A program made the position numbers and the translations under genes. Below the pieces are notes generated by a model. The model ran no database searches, was not told the origin of the DNA, and saw only the letters and a list, made by a program, of their open reading frames with translations. A stretch of DNA of 64,000 nucleotides from an uncultured Verrucomicrobiae bacterium. GTDB lineage: Bacteria; Verrucomicrobiota; Verrucomicrobiia; Chthoniobacterales; UBA10450. Below are positions 1-12,003 of the stretch, piece after piece. The DNA lies in the NCBI GenBank assembly GCA_963834385.1, contig CAWIBO010000002.1:288001-352000 (forward strand), given 5' to 3'. The first letter of the stretch is position 1; each line of letters starts with the position of its first letter.

Positions 1-1
1 G

Positions 2-661
2 GGGGTCGATCCGACAAAGGACCAGTCCTATTTTCTTTTCAGCCTGCGGCAGGAGCAGTTGCGGCGGGCGTTGACGCCGCTGGGCGGGATGGCGAAGCAG
101 GAGATTCGGGCGATTGCCCGGTCGCTCGGCCTGAAAACGGCGGACAAGGTGGACAGCCAGGAGATTTGTTTCGTGCCGGGGAACGATTACAAGGCCTTCC
201 TGCGTTCGCACCTGGGCGAAGGCGAGTTTCATCCAGGCGGCATCTACGATCTTGGAGGAAACTTCTTGGGCGAGCATGGCGGGATCGAGATGTTCACGAT
301 CGGGCAGCGCAAGGGGCTCCCCGGCGGCTCGGCCCAGCCGCGTTACGTGGTCGATATCGATGCGGAAACCAGCCGGGTCATTGTCGGCACGGCGGAGGAT
401 TTGGTTTCCGACGAGTTTGAGATCGACCGGGCCACCTGGCACGAGCCGGGCGAGGAGGAGTTCGAGGCGACGGTGAAGATTCGTTACGCGCACAAGGGGA
501 CGGCGGCGACGGTGCGCCCGGCCGGGGACGGCCGGGCGGTGATCCGCCTGCACGAACCGCAAAAGGCGGTGACCCCGGGACAGGCCGCGGTGGTTTACCG
601 GGGCGACGTGGTTTTGGGCGGCGGCTGGATCACACGGCAGCGCGCGCTGGTCCCGGCCTAG
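2..661 (+). CDS. mnmA: tRNA 2-thiouridine synthase MnmA, 5'-truncated by window edge
   Basis: Frame from base 2 reads KDQSYFLF...DSQEICF...TIGQRKGL...AVTPGQAAV, typical MnmA motifs. Confidence 0.95.
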   Translation, partial: GVDPTKDQSYFLFSLRQEQLRRALTPLGGMAKQEIRAIARSLGLKTADKVDSQEICFVPGNDYKAFLRSHLGEGEFHPGGIYDLGGNFLGEHGGIEMFTIGQRKGLPGGSAQPRYVVDIDAETSRVIVGTAEDLVSDEFEIDRATWHEPGEEEFEATVKIRYAHKGTAATVRPAGDGRAVIRLHEPQKAVTPGQAAVVYRGDVVLGGGWITRQRALVPA

Positions 662-663
662 CC

Positions 664-999
664 ATGCAGGCGGAAGTGTTGCTGGTTTTCAGCACGTTCC
701 CGGACGCGGAAAAAGCCGGGGAAGTGGCTCGCCGGCTGGTGGAGGAAAAACTGGCGGCGTGCGCCAATATCCTGCCCGGCCTGCAATCGATCTACACCTG
801 GGAAGGGAGCGTGACCGAGGCGTCCGAGGTGCTCTGTCTCTTCAAGGTGACGCGCGACGGTTATCCCGCGCTGGCCCGGCGGCTGGCGGAGTTGCACCCG
901 TACGAGGTGCCGGAAATTATCGGGCTTTCCGTGGCGGAGGGGTTGCCCGCCTACCTGGGCTGGGTTGCACAGGAGTGCGTGGAACGTAAACGGGTGTAG
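664..999 (+). CDS. cutA: Divalent-cation tolerance protein CutA
   Basis: LVEEKLAACANI, SIYTWEG, HPYEVPEI motifs. Confidence 0.93.
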   Translation: MQAEVLLVFSTFPDAEKAGEVARRLVEEKLAACANILPGLQSIYTWEGSVTEASEVLCLFKVTRDGYPALARRLAELHPYEVPEIIGLSVAEGLPAYLGWVAQECVERKRV

Positions 1000-1672
1000 C
1001 CCGCCGGATCGGCAGGATCCGCTCGAGCAGCGACGGCGGTTTGGGCGCTGCCGCCACCGGACCGAATTCCTGCCAGTTTCGGACGGTGAAATGCCACCAT
1101 TCCGTGCGCAGTCCGAGGAAACCGGCCCGGGCCATGGCTGATTGGAGGAGGCGAAGGTTGTAGCGCACGAGGGCGTCGCCGCCCTTGTAATGCATGAAAG
1201 CGGCCGGGGTGAAATCGTCGAAATCGGTGGGCATATGCGCGTTGTTGCCCTCGGCATCGACCATGGTGGCATCGACCGCGACGCCCCAGCCGTGCAGCGA
1301 GCCGCGGCCCGCCGCGGGGTCAGCGACGAAAGATTCGTTGGGGGCGAGCTGCCAGAGGAGGGCCTGCACCTCGGGCGGCCGGTAGGCGTCCCAGATTTTC
1401 AGGCGATAACCGCGCTCTTTCAGGAACGTCTGCGCGAGGGCGAGACGTTGAGCCACGCTCACGCGGACAAAAGCCCTGGTGCCGGGCGGGTAAAGAGGGC
1501 GGCGGGCGAGGTTTTGCTTCGAGGCGTAGCGAAGATCGACTTCGATGGTGGGATCAACGTCGTGAAGATCGACCAACGGCTCATCAAAGGGGGCGACCTT
1601 GATCACTTCGGCGGCAGGAAGAGCGGCGGGTCCGGTGACGAGGAAAACGAAGAGGAGAAGGCGAAGGAACAT
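917..1672 (-). CDS. D-Ala-D-Ala dipeptidase, VanX/M15D family, with signal peptide
   Basis: WDAYRP, SLHGWGVAVD, EWWHF zinc motifs; start placed at MFLRLLLF. Confidence 0.88.
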   Translation of the reverse strand: MFLRLLLFVFLVTGPAALPAAEVIKVAPFDEPLVDLHDVDPTIEVDLRYASKQNLARRPLYPPGTRAFVRVSVAQRLALAQTFLKERGYRLKIWDAYRPPEVQALLWQLAPNESFVADPAAGRGSLHGWGVAVDATMVDAEGNNAHMPTDFDDFTPAAFMHYKGGDALVRYNLRLLQSAMARAGFLGLRTEWWHFTVRNWQEFGPVAAAPKPPSLLERILPIRRATPVYVPRTPVQPSPGRRATPPPRKAR

Positions 1673-1719
1673 GGTGGGCCAGGAGGAGGAAAGCCTGAAA
1701 ACCGGGTCTGACAAGGCGC

Positions 1720-3588
1720 TCAGCGCACGACCATCTTGCGCTGGGACCCGCGGGAAAGCCGCTCGAGGAGGAGACGCGCGGCGTTTTCCGGCATTTCGAA
1801 CCGGGCATCCACCGTGGTATCGCGGCGGGTGACTTCAGGCGGCTGAACAAAAAGCATCAGGCCCGATTCCTGGAACTGGAGCCAGCGCTGGGGCTCATCG
1901 CGCAACCGTCGGGCCAGCTCGGCGGCCGCTTCGGGGGTGCGCGCGCGGACGATCAGTCTTGCCTTTGCGCCCTTGTCGAGGGTGAGACTGAGCCCCATGA
2001 CCGTGGTGGACTCGAGCAGCTCGCGGCTGAAGATCGGCTGGAAGATGTTTGGGAGATTGGCCGGGTCGCGGGAGATCAGGCGGACCGTGCTCCCCTGGTC
2101 GAGCGCCTGGAATTCCGCGAAGAGCTGGCCGGTAATCTGAAGGTCGGGCCGGAGACCGAGCCGGACCCGGACCAGTTCCTCGACGTCGGCGGCCGGGCCG
2201 ACGGCAAAGGTGCGGGGACCGACCCGGGCGTAGGCAAAATCGGGCCGTTGCCAGACCGGCAGGCCGCTGATGGTGCGGCGCTGGAGGGCTTCGTCGGCGC
2301 GGATGCGCTGGAGGGCGGCGCGGACGTCGGAGCGCGATTCGACCAGGACAAACTCGCGGGGCTCGCCGGACTTCGAGCTGGTGACCGCGCGGGTGACGCG
2401 GAGGGAATCGCGCGGCACGTTGAGGGCGGGAGCCTGGGCGGCCTGGCCGAGGAGAGCCGCGGAGACGGTCTGCCAGGTCTCGCCTTCGTCCTTGCGCCAG
2501 CGTTTCAGGAGTTCGGAGCGTTCGAGTTGTTCGACGTTCAGGGAAAGAATCGCCTCGGTATCGCGCGGGAGCCATTCGCGGGGCGCGGGCGACTTGAGGA
2601 CGAGCGGCAGGACAATGGCGAGGAGGACGAGAACGGAGACGATGCTGAAATAAAATTTCCGGAGCTCCTGTTTGTCGATCTGCTCGGAGAGAAGCGCGAG
2701 TTCATCCTTGTGCTCGACGTGGAGGCTTACGTTTTCGCGGTGGCGCCGCACATCCTCGAGCAGGCCGGTGGCATTGGGCGGGGCCACGCCCTGGTTGGCG
2801 AGATGACGGCCGATATTGAGATAGGCCGGATTTTTCCGCTCCTCCACCGTGGCGTGGCGGGCGCGCGCCTCCTTGATGGCATCCTGTTGCTCGCGCGCGG
2901 TGTTATTGAGCACGCGATCGCGGGCCTCAAAATCCTCGCGCACCTTCGCCATCTTGCGCTCCACTTCATCGAGCCGGCCTTGCGCCTGGCCCAGTTTTTG
3001 CCGGGCGTGCCGGCAGGCGTCGGCACTGCCTTCGCGTGCGCGGGCCAGCTCGGCGCGCTCGGCCGGCAGCCGGGCCCGCTGGGCGCTGAGCGTGGTCGTC
3101 TGCCCCTCGAGGTCGGCCGGGGGCGGGACCTGCGCCTGCAAGTCCGCGATTTTCTTTTGCAGGTCGCGATCGACCCGGTCGTTGTCCTGGACCCGGCGTT
3201 CCACCCCGGCCAGCTCGCGGTCGCAAAGGGCGGCGGTTTCGCGGGCGGCATTTCGCTCGGCCAAAAGGGGCGCACGTTCTTCCTCCAGCCGGGCCAGGGC
3301 CTCCTTCTGCTCGGCCGCGTTCGTCTGGCGCTGGTGTTCGAGCCGCGAAAGGCCTTCCTCGATCTGGGCGATCTTGCTCGCGAACTCTTTTTGTTCCTGC
3401 TCGAGCTTGCGCAGGGACACGATCTCCTGGCGCAACTCCGGGAAGTTCGCCGCCTGCGAAGTGCCTTCGCGCCCGAGCGCGATCTCGCTCCGCTGCAGCA
3501 CACGCCGGGCATGCCGGAGCGACCAGCGCGTGCGCTCGCGCCGCACCTTGAGGCGCATCTCCCGCAGGCCTGTGACGATGAAACTCAT
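1720..3588 (-). CDS. Hypothetical membrane-anchored protein: long N-terminal coiled coil, one TM helix, C-terminal domain
   Basis: 622-aa ORF; E/R/Q/A-rich first half; TM FYFSIVSVLVLLAIVLPLVL. Confidence 0.7.
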   Translation of the reverse strand: MSFIVTGLREMRLKVRRERTRWSLRHARRVLQRSEIALGREGTSQAANFPELRQEIVSLRKLEQEQKEFASKIAQIEEGLSRLEHQRQTNAAEQKEALARLEEERAPLLAERNAARETAALCDRELAGVERRVQDNDRVDRDLQKKIADLQAQVPPPADLEGQTTTLSAQRARLPAERAELARAREGSADACRHARQKLGQAQGRLDEVERKMAKVREDFEARDRVLNNTAREQQDAIKEARARHATVEERKNPAYLNIGRHLANQGVAPPNATGLLEDVRRHRENVSLHVEHKDELALLSEQIDKQELRKFYFSIVSVLVLLAIVLPLVLKSPAPREWLPRDTEAILSLNVEQLERSELLKRWRKDEGETWQTVSAALLGQAAQAPALNVPRDSLRVTRAVTSSKSGEPREFVLVESRSDVRAALQRIRADEALQRRTISGLPVWQRPDFAYARVGPRTFAVGPAADVEELVRVRLGLRPDLQITGQLFAEFQALDQGSTVRLISRDPANLPNIFQPIFSRELLESTTVMGLSLTLDKGAKARLIVRARTPEAAAELARRLRDEPQRWLQFQESGLMLFVQPPEVTRRDTTVDARFEMPENAARLLLERLSRGSQRKMVVR

Positions 3589-3628
3589 CGCGAAACGCTA
3601 CGCCAGTTGCCCGGCGCTCCAATGACTA

Positions 3629-5575
<1,947 letters not shown>

Positions 5576-5628
5576 AAGGATTGAGGCTTTGCGGTTGTGC
5601 TGGGCGGCGCATCACGGAAGAGTCAGCC

Positions 5629-5835
5629 ATGAGCGATCACGTTTACAAGCAAATCGAGCTGGTGGGTTCTTCCAAGGCCGGGGTGGAAGACGCGGTGCAG
5701 AACGCCCTGGCCCGGGCGAGCAAGACGGTGCGGAACATGCGCTGGTTCGAGGTCACGGAAACGCGGGGCCACATCGTCGACGGCAAGGTGGACCACTGGC
5801 AGGTTTCGCTGAAGATCGGCTTTACCCTGGAGTAG
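5629..5835 (+). CDS. Dodecin (flavin-binding)
   Basis: [15 protein letters not shown]...WFEV...[12 protein letters not shown]. Confidence 0.93.
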   Translation: MSDHVYKQIELVGSSKAGVEDAVQNALARASKTVRNMRWFEVTETRGHIVDGKVDHWQVSLKIGFTLE

Positions 5836-5858
5836 GAACGCCGCGGCCGGCCGGACCG

Positions 5859-6146
5859 CTACTTATCCTCTTGGGACGCCTGGTAGATTTTGGTCGCGCC
5901 GTAGATCAGGATGGCGGGCTTGAAAGCCACCAGGAGCAGACGAACGAGACCACCGAAGATGCGGAAGACCGGGAGCTTGTTCAGGATGAAGCCCGCGGCC
6001 ACGGCATAGAGCAGGGATTGGGCGGGCTTTTCCCGCACGTAATCTTCCGTCTGGTGCATGATTTCCTGGAACTGGTCGCGCGTGTAACGGAGACCGCGCT
6101 GGGCGTAGTCCTCCGGGGTTTGGGTCAAATCATCTTGCATGTTCAT
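5859..6146 (-). CDS. Small membrane-anchored protein, ElaB/YqjD-like
   Basis: TEDYVREKPAQSLLYAVAAGFIL resembles DUF883 C-terminus. Confidence 0.6.
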   Translation of the reverse strand: MNMQDDLTQTPEDYAQRGLRYTRDQFQEIMHQTEDYVREKPAQSLLYAVAAGFILNKLPVFRIFGGLVRLLLVAFKPAILIYGATKIYQASQEDK

Positions 6147-6186
6147 CTCTCCTTCGCATCTAGACGTAACCTCGCGCGTCCAAAAT

Positions 6187-7098
6187 TCAACGCAAACTAA
6201 GCCAGACCGTGCTGGCGCCGGTGCGAAACGGGAAATCGGGGAGTGGGTTGGTGCGATGCAGACTGCCGGCCCGGCGGCTGGCCTTGAGGCAGTATTTGGC
6301 CATCACCTCCAGGGCTCGGTGGTTCAAGGTGGAACAGTTGGTCGAAAGCAGGATGTGGCAGTCGCGCTCGGCCAGCTCAAGGGCATCCAGAAGCAGTTTC
6401 TCGTAGTCCCGTTCCACCTGGAAACCCTGCCCCTTCTTCGAGCGCGAAAAAGTCGGGGGATCAAGGATGATGACGTCGAACTTCTCCCCTTTTCGCGCCA
6501 TCCGCGGCAGGACCTGCATGACGTCATCGGCGATGAAGCGATGGTCGCCCGTGGGCAGGCCGTTCAACCCAAAATTCTCGCGACCGCGCGTAAGCGATTT
6601 GCGGGAGAGATCGATATTGACCGTCTGCGCGTTGACCGAGGCGGCCGCGACGGAAAAAGAGCAGGTGTAGGAGAAACAGTTGAGCAGGCGGGCGGGGGCC
6701 GCCTGGCGGACAAAGGTGCGATTCTCCCGCTGGTCGAGGAACAGGCCCACGGAATAGCCGGCGGCAAAGTCGATCCCGTAGCGCAGGCAGCGCTCGGTCA
6801 CGACCGACTGGAGATTGGTGCGGTCGTCGCCCACGACCAGCTCGGGGGTGGCGCGTTCCTCGTTTTGCCTCGGCAGGTGCCGCGCGAAAATACGGGTCAT
6901 CTTGACGTGAGCAGCCAGGACCCAGAGGAAAAGCTCGGTCATGATCCGTTCCCGCGCCGCCGGCGTCTTGTGCGAGATGAGGACATCGGCGCCGTAGCGT
7001 TCCACCCAGCCATCTTCCGCGGTGTAAACGCGGTGGGCGTCGGTCTGTTCCTGCTCAAAAAGGCGGACGACTTCTGGCTCGATCCAACTGGCTTTCAT
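6187..7098 (-). CDS. Class I SAM-dependent methyltransferase, RlmI/RlmK-like
   Basis: GLFLDQRENR, LNCFSYT, DVIILDPPTF. Confidence 0.88.
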   Translation of the reverse strand: MKASWIEPEVVRLFEQEQTDAHRVYTAEDGWVERYGADVLISHKTPAARERIMTELFLWVLAAHVKMTRIFARHLPRQNEERATPELVVGDDRTNLQSVVTERCLRYGIDFAAGYSVGLFLDQRENRTFVRQAAPARLLNCFSYTCSFSVAAASVNAQTVNIDLSRKSLTRGRENFGLNGLPTGDHRFIADDVMQVLPRMARKGEKFDVIILDPPTFSRSKKGQGFQVERDYEKLLLDALELAERDCHILLSTNCSTLNHRALEVMAKYCLKASRRAGSLHRTNPLPDFPFRTGASTVWLSLR

Positions 7099-7157
7099 TT
7101 CGGGGGCTGGAAACCCGGGGGCGGTTCGCGCAGAGTCTGGGGCCAGCACGCAGAGTT

Positions 7158-8015
7158 ATGCAAGAAGTCACTGTTCAAGTGCCCGCGAGCACGTCAAATC
7201 TCGGTCCCGGCTTTGATTGCCTTGGGCTCGCGCTCGCCCTGCACGCCACGGTGACGGTCAGCCGGGCGGAGAAACGGGTGACGGGAGGTGTGCCGCCGAT
7301 GGCGCGCGCGGCGGCGCGCGGTTTTTTCCGGCGAAGCGGAGTGAAGCCCTTTCCCTTCCGCCTTTCCGTCTCGGGCGGGATCCCGGTTTCCCGTGGCCTG
7401 GGCAGCAGCGCGGCCCTGCGTGCCGGGACGGTGCTGGGGCTCAACGCGCTGGCGGGCGCGCCGCTCGACCTGGAATCGGTCCACGGGCTGGTGACGCGGC
7501 TTGAAGGGCATCCGGACAACGCCGCTCCCGCCCTCTTCGGCGGCGGCCATGTCGTCTGCGAAAAAACAAGGATTCGTCTCCCGGTGGGGTCGAAGCTGCG
7601 CGTGGTGCTGCTGGTGCCTGATTTGGAAATTTCGACCGCGCGGGCGCGCGCGCTCTTGCCGCCGCGGATTGATCGGCGGGCGGCCGTGGCCTCGGCGGGA
7701 AACCTGGCCATTATCGTGGCGGCGCTGGCGCTGGGCGAGTATGCCCTGATGCGCGGTCATTTCGACGACGGCTTGCACCAGCCCTTCCGGCTGCCGCTGG
7801 TTCCGTTCCTGCCGCGGGTGCTGCGCGCGGGCGAACGGGCCGGGGCGCTGGGCGGGTTCCTGAGCGGGTCGGGTTCAGCCATCGCCTGTTTGACCCTGGA
7901 GAACGCGGAGATGATCGGCCGGGCCATGCGGCACGCTTTGCCCGCGGGGATGAAGGCCGAGGTCATGGTGACGGCGCCGGAAAACCGCGGCGCCCGGATT
8001 GTGAGAAAGCGATGA
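7158..8015 (+). CDS. thrB: Homoserine kinase
   Basis: PASTSNLGPGFDCLG, PVSRGLGSSA, EGHPDN, SGSGS. Confidence 0.95.
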   Translation: MQEVTVQVPASTSNLGPGFDCLGLALALHATVTVSRAEKRVTGGVPPMARAAARGFFRRSGVKPFPFRLSVSGGIPVSRGLGSSAALRAGTVLGLNALAGAPLDLESVHGLVTRLEGHPDNAAPALFGGGHVVCEKTRIRLPVGSKLRVVLLVPDLEISTARARALLPPRIDRRAAVASAGNLAIIVAALALGEYALMRGHFDDGLHQPFRLPLVPFLPRVLRAGERAGALGGFLSGSGSAIACLTLENAEMIGRAMRHALPAGMKAEVMVTAPENRGARIVRKR

Positions 8016-9202
8016 GCCGCCGCGCCGAAAACCTGGAGCAGTTTGCGATCGACGTGATCCTGGAGCGGCGGCACGGTCCGCGCGCCTCGCTCCTGCGCGG
8101 CCTGCTCTATCTGCTCTCCTTTGTCTACGAGCGGCTGGTGCAGTTGCGCCTCTTTCTATATCGGAAACGCATCCTGCGCGAACGGGCCCTGGGCTGTCTG
8201 GTCGTGAGCATTGGCAACCTGACCGTCGGGGGCACCGGGAAAACGCCGGTGGTGGAAAAATTTGCCCGGGCGCTGCAGGCAGGCGGACGGCGGGTGGCCA
8301 TTCTCAGCCGCGGTTACAAGAGCGTGCCGCAGCCGCGTCCGCGCCGATGGACGCGGTTCTGGCGGCGGCGCGAGCCCGACCCGCCGCGCATTGTTTCCGA
8401 CGGCAAATCCCTCCTGCTCGACTCCCTCACGGCGGGGGACGAGCCCTACATGCTCGCGCACAACCTCAAGGATGTCGTTGTCCTGGTGGACAAGGACCGG
8501 GTGAAGAGCGGCCTTTATGCCATCGGCAAAATGGGCGTCGATACCCTTCTCCTGGATGACGGCCTGCAATATCTGCACCTGAAACACCGGGTCGACATCG
8601 TCCTGGTGGACCGGCAGGCGCCGTTCGGAAACGAATATTTGCTGCCGCGGGGCACCCTGCGCGAACCGCCGCGCAACCTGCGGCGCGCCAGTTACATCTT
8701 CATCACCAAAAGCACCGGGGAATCAAACGAGGAACTGATTGGCCGGATTCGCCGCCATAATCGCACCGCCGAGATCATTGAATGCGCGCACAAGCCGCTC
8801 CATCTGGAGAACGTCGTCACCGGCGAACGCCTTCCGCTGGACCGGCTCCAGGGGGCTTTTGTCGGCTCGATTTGCGGGATTGCTGCGCCGGAAAGCTTCG
8901 AGGGCGGGCTGCGCCGGCTGGGAGCGGAAATCGTCATCGCGAAACGTTACACCGACCATCACCGTTACAGTGAGACCGAGCTGCAGAACTTCATCAACCG
9001 TTGCATCAAGCGCGACCTCGGGATGATCGTGACGACGGAGAAGGACGCGGTTCGTTTCCCGCGATTGCTCGAGACAGAGGTCCCGATTTTCTTCCTGCGG
9101 GTGGAGATCGAAATCCTGAGCGGGCACGAGACCTGGGAGCAATGCGTGGCCCGGATCTGCCGTCCGCAGCCGATGCTTTCACCGGAGCGTTTCTTTTCGT
9201 GA
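8012..9202 (+). CDS. lpxK: Tetraacyldisaccharide 4'-kinase
   Basis: [33 protein letters not shown]. Confidence 0.95.
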   Translation: MSRRAENLEQFAIDVILERRHGPRASLLRGLLYLLSFVYERLVQLRLFLYRKRILRERALGCLVVSIGNLTVGGTGKTPVVEKFARALQAGGRRVAILSRGYKSVPQPRPRRWTRFWRRREPDPPRIVSDGKSLLLDSLTAGDEPYMLAHNLKDVVVLVDKDRVKSGLYAIGKMGVDTLLLDDGLQYLHLKHRVDIVLVDRQAPFGNEYLLPRGTLREPPRNLRRASYIFITKSTGESNEELIGRIRRHNRTAEIIECAHKPLHLENVVTGERLPLDRLQGAFVGSICGIAAPESFEGGLRRLGAEIVIAKRYTDHHRYSETELQNFINRCIKRDLGMIVTTEKDAVRFPRLLETEVPIFFLRVEIEILSGHETWEQCVARICRPQPMLSPERFFS

Positions 9203-9260
9203 GAACCACCGGCTGGCCGTGCCGCCGGCGGCGATTACAAAGGGGAACGCCTTTCACGCG

Positions 9261-10190
9261 ATGACGCAAAAAGCACAGCTCAAGGTCGAGGGGAAAACCC
9301 TCGCCGTTTCGAATCTCGGGAAGGTTCTTTACCCGAAAGCCGGGTTCACCAAGGGGGAGGTGATCGACTATTACATCCGGATCGCGCCGGTGCTGCTGCC
9401 GCATTTGAAGGATCGGCCGCTGACGATGAAGCGCTACCCGAACGGGGTGGAAGGCGAATTTTTCTACGAGAAGAATTGTCCGAGCCACCGGCCGGCCTGG
9501 GTGAAAACGGCGCGGGTCTGGAGCGAAGGCAACCAGCGAGACATGCATTACTGCCTGGCGCAGGATCTGCCCACGCTGGTCTGGGCGGCCAACCTGGCTG
9601 ACCTGGAACTGCACACGTCGCTGGCCCGGAAGAAGGATGTTGCCCGGCCGACGATGATGGTGTTCGACCTGGACCCGGGAGCGCCGGCCGACATCGTCCA
9701 ATGCTGCCAGGTGGGGCTCTGGCTGCGGGAGATTCTGCAGGAGATGAAGCTGAAGAGTTTTCCGAAGACCTCGGGTTCGAAAGGTCTGCAGGTCTATGTG
9801 CCGTTGAATACGCCGGCCACGTTTGACCAGACCAAGGCGCTTTCGCGCGCGCTGGCGGAGTACCTGGAGCAGGAACATCCGAAGCTGGTCGTTTCCCGCA
9901 TGCAGAAGTCGCTCCGGAAAGGAAAGGTGCTGGTGGACTGGAGCCAGAACGACGAGCACAAGACGACGGTGAACGTCTATTCGCTGCGGGCAAAGGAACG
10001 CCCGACCGTCTCGACGCCAGTGACATGGAAGGAAGTGGAGACGGCCTTGAAGAAAAAGAAGGCGGAACTGCTCGTCTTCGACGCCGGCGAAGTGCTCGAG
10101 CGGGTGGAAAAGATGGGCGACCTGTTCGAGCCGGTGAACAAGTTGAAACAAAAGCTCCCGAAAAAGTGGGACCTCGGCTCCGACCGGTAG
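9261..10190 (+). CDS. Stand-alone LigD-type primase-polymerase (POL) domain protein
   Basis: RYPNG, FYEK, FDLDP, KTSGSKGLQ, DWSQN, YSLRA; no ligase or PE domain. Confidence 0.9.
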   Translation: MTQKAQLKVEGKTLAVSNLGKVLYPKAGFTKGEVIDYYIRIAPVLLPHLKDRPLTMKRYPNGVEGEFFYEKNCPSHRPAWVKTARVWSEGNQRDMHYCLAQDLPTLVWAANLADLELHTSLARKKDVARPTMMVFDLDPGAPADIVQCCQVGLWLREILQEMKLKSFPKTSGSKGLQVYVPLNTPATFDQTKALSRALAEYLEQEHPKLVVSRMQKSLRKGKVLVDWSQNDEHKTTVNVYSLRAKERPTVSTPVTWKEVETALKKKKAELLVFDAGEVLERVEKMGDLFEPVNKLKQKLPKKWDLGSDR

Positions 10191-10360
10191 GGCGAGACTC
10201 TGTCGAGCTTGGGGAGAGCGGGGCCCTCGAAGAGGAGATACGGATACAGGATTAACAGGATTTGCAGGATTAACAGGAGCAGGCGTTCGGTTTGGTTTAC
10301 GAACCACGTGTGCAGCGCAGGCGGTGCGTGCTCCCAGGCTCCGCGGAGCGTCGCCCTACC
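10186..10360. repeat. REP doublet (REPIN/BIME-like): GTAG REP-A forward, ACAGGATT repeats, REP-B inverted
   Basis: GGTAGGGCGAGACTCTGTCGAGC at 10186; reverse complement GGTAGGGCGACGCTCCGCGGAGCCTGGGAG at 10331-10360; both recur near 40 kb. Confidence 0.85.
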
Positions 10361-10421
10361 GGAGAAGCCGGACCGGCATATCGACGTTGCCAAAATTTCC
10401 CCTGCTGCGTATAAGACCGGC

Positions 10422-10625
10422 ATGGCAGGGCAAGGTTCCACCGGCAATGTGATCGCGGCGGTTTGCAGCTTTTTTATCCCAGGGCTGGGTCAGTTGGTTC
10501 AGGGCCGCCTGCTCATGGCCATCATTCATTTCGTTCTGGCCGGCGTGCTCTGGATCATTCTGCTCGGGTGGATCATTCATCTCTGGTCGATCCTTGATGC
10601 CGCCCTCTACCGGCCGCGCGTTTAG
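10422..10625 (+). CDS. Small hydrophobic membrane protein (TM2-like)
   Basis: 67 aa; SFFIPGLGQLVQGR followed by hydrophobic helices. Confidence 0.75.
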   Translation: MAGQGSTGNVIAAVCSFFIPGLGQLVQGRLLMAIIHFVLAGVLWIILLGWIIHLWSILDAALYRPRV

Positions 10626-10637
10626 GCGCTTCTGTTT

Positions 10638-11348
10638 ATGAATTTTTCGCGTGGATTCCTGCGGTTCGCCGCTGTCTGCGCGTTGCTCACGGCCGGCACC
10701 ACCGTGGCAGTGCACTGGCTTCCCGCCTTTTGGGCGGGGGCAACCACTTTCGAGGCACAGCTGGCCCTCCGGGAGAACCCGGTCTATCTCGCGCGCCTCT
10801 GGCTGGTGCTGCTGCACTGCGTCCTGGTGGTGATCTCGATGTATGCCGTCGGTTTTCGCCGCCTGCGGGAGGCGCCCGCCCTGGTTGGGCTGGGTTTCCT
10901 GGCCTACGTCGTTTTCGCCTTTTGCGAAATCGTGCGGACGACCTTTGCCATCTTTGCGGTGAACCGGATGTGGCGCACCCAGTTTGCCGGCGCGGCCGAC
11001 GAGCAAACGCGCGAAACGGCCCGGCTTCTCCTGGCCGCCGTTCCCGGGGTCAGCCAGACGCTTTTCTTTATCTTTTTCACCGCGTTCGTGATCGGGACGT
11101 TTTGTTACGGGTTTGTGCTGCTGCGGGGAAGCGGTTTCGAGCGGACGCTCGGGTTCTTCTTCCTTGCCTGGGGCGTTTTCAGTCTGCCCGTTCTCGTGGA
11201 CGAGATTTCCGGTGCGACCTCGTTTGGCGGCGCTTTTGAATGGGTGGGACAATATTTCCAGCCGCTCCTGCGCGGAGCGATCGGCGTCTGGCTCTGGACG
11301 GTGGCGGCTCGTCCCGATAGACTCGGCTCGCATGCGTCCGCGCCCTGA
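10638..11348 (+). CDS. Multi-pass membrane protein (DUF4386-like)
   Basis: About six hydrophobic segments. Confidence 0.65.
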   Translation: MNFSRGFLRFAAVCALLTAGTTVAVHWLPAFWAGATTFEAQLALRENPVYLARLWLVLLHCVLVVISMYAVGFRRLREAPALVGLGFLAYVVFAFCEIVRTTFAIFAVNRMWRTQFAGAADEQTRETARLLLAAVPGVSQTLFFIFFTAFVIGTFCYGFVLLRGSGFERTLGFFFLAWGVFSLPVLVDEISGATSFGGAFEWVGQYFQPLLRGAIGVWLWTVAARPDRLGSHASAP

Positions 11349-12003
11349 AAGACTCTTTTTTCTGCTGGCGGTGCTGACTCTCTGCATTGCGGCACTGCCT
11401 CTGCGCGGGGAGGGACCGATGGTGGAGTTGCCGCGGGAGGAATCGATCGAGGAGACGGACTTCGCGGTGGAACCGGATCTCCTGCTCGACGAGATGGCGG
11501 CGGAGCCGCTGGATCTGCCCGTGACCGTGACCATGCCGGAGGCACAGGACACGGAAAAACTGGAGGTGCAGGTGCAGAACGCCCGGCGTCGTGCCGCAGC
11601 CGGGGAACGGCTGTTGAAGGCGGGTGTTCTGGCCAAGGTGGAAGTGGAGGCGCGCGCCTTGAAACTGCTCAAGCTGGAGGCGGAGCTGGAGCTGGCCCGG
11701 CTCGCCCGGCTGCGCGACGACGTGGCGGCCCAGAAAGCGCGGCTTGCGCGGGGCGAGGTGGCCCCGATGGCGGTGGAAAGCGCGGAGCTGGCGCTGGCCC
11801 AGGCCGAAACCAACGCGCAGGACGCCGCGGAAAAACGGCGCGCGGCCGAGCTCGAGATTGCACAGATGAATGTGCGCCGGCAGAAAAAGCTGATCGCGGC
11901 CGGGATCGGACGGAAGATTGACCTGAAACGAGCCGAGGAAAAACTGGCCGCGCTCAGGCAGCAGGAAGAGGTTCCGGGGAACCCGGAACGGGCGCGTCAG
12001 TAG
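11332..12003 (+). CDS. Exported alpha-helical hypothetical protein with TolC/HlyD-like hairpin repeats
   Basis: Signal peptide; three repeats LLKAGVLAKVEVE, LARGEVAPMAVE, LIAAGIGRKIDLK. Confidence 0.6.
   Translation: MRPRPERLFFLLAVLTLCIAALPLRGEGPMVELPREESIEETDFAVEPDLLLDEMAAEPLDLPVTVTMPEAQDTEKLEVQVQNARRRAAAGERLLKAGVLAKVEVEARALKLLKLEAELELARLARLRDDVAAQKARLARGEVAPMAVESAELALAQAETNAQDAAEKRRAAELEIAQMNVRRQKKLIAAGIGRKIDLKRAEEKLAALRQQEEVPGNPERARQ

Noticed and set aside
917..1672. Vancomycin resistance locus
   Set aside because: Lone exported VanX-like peptidase with no vanH, vanA, vanR or vanS
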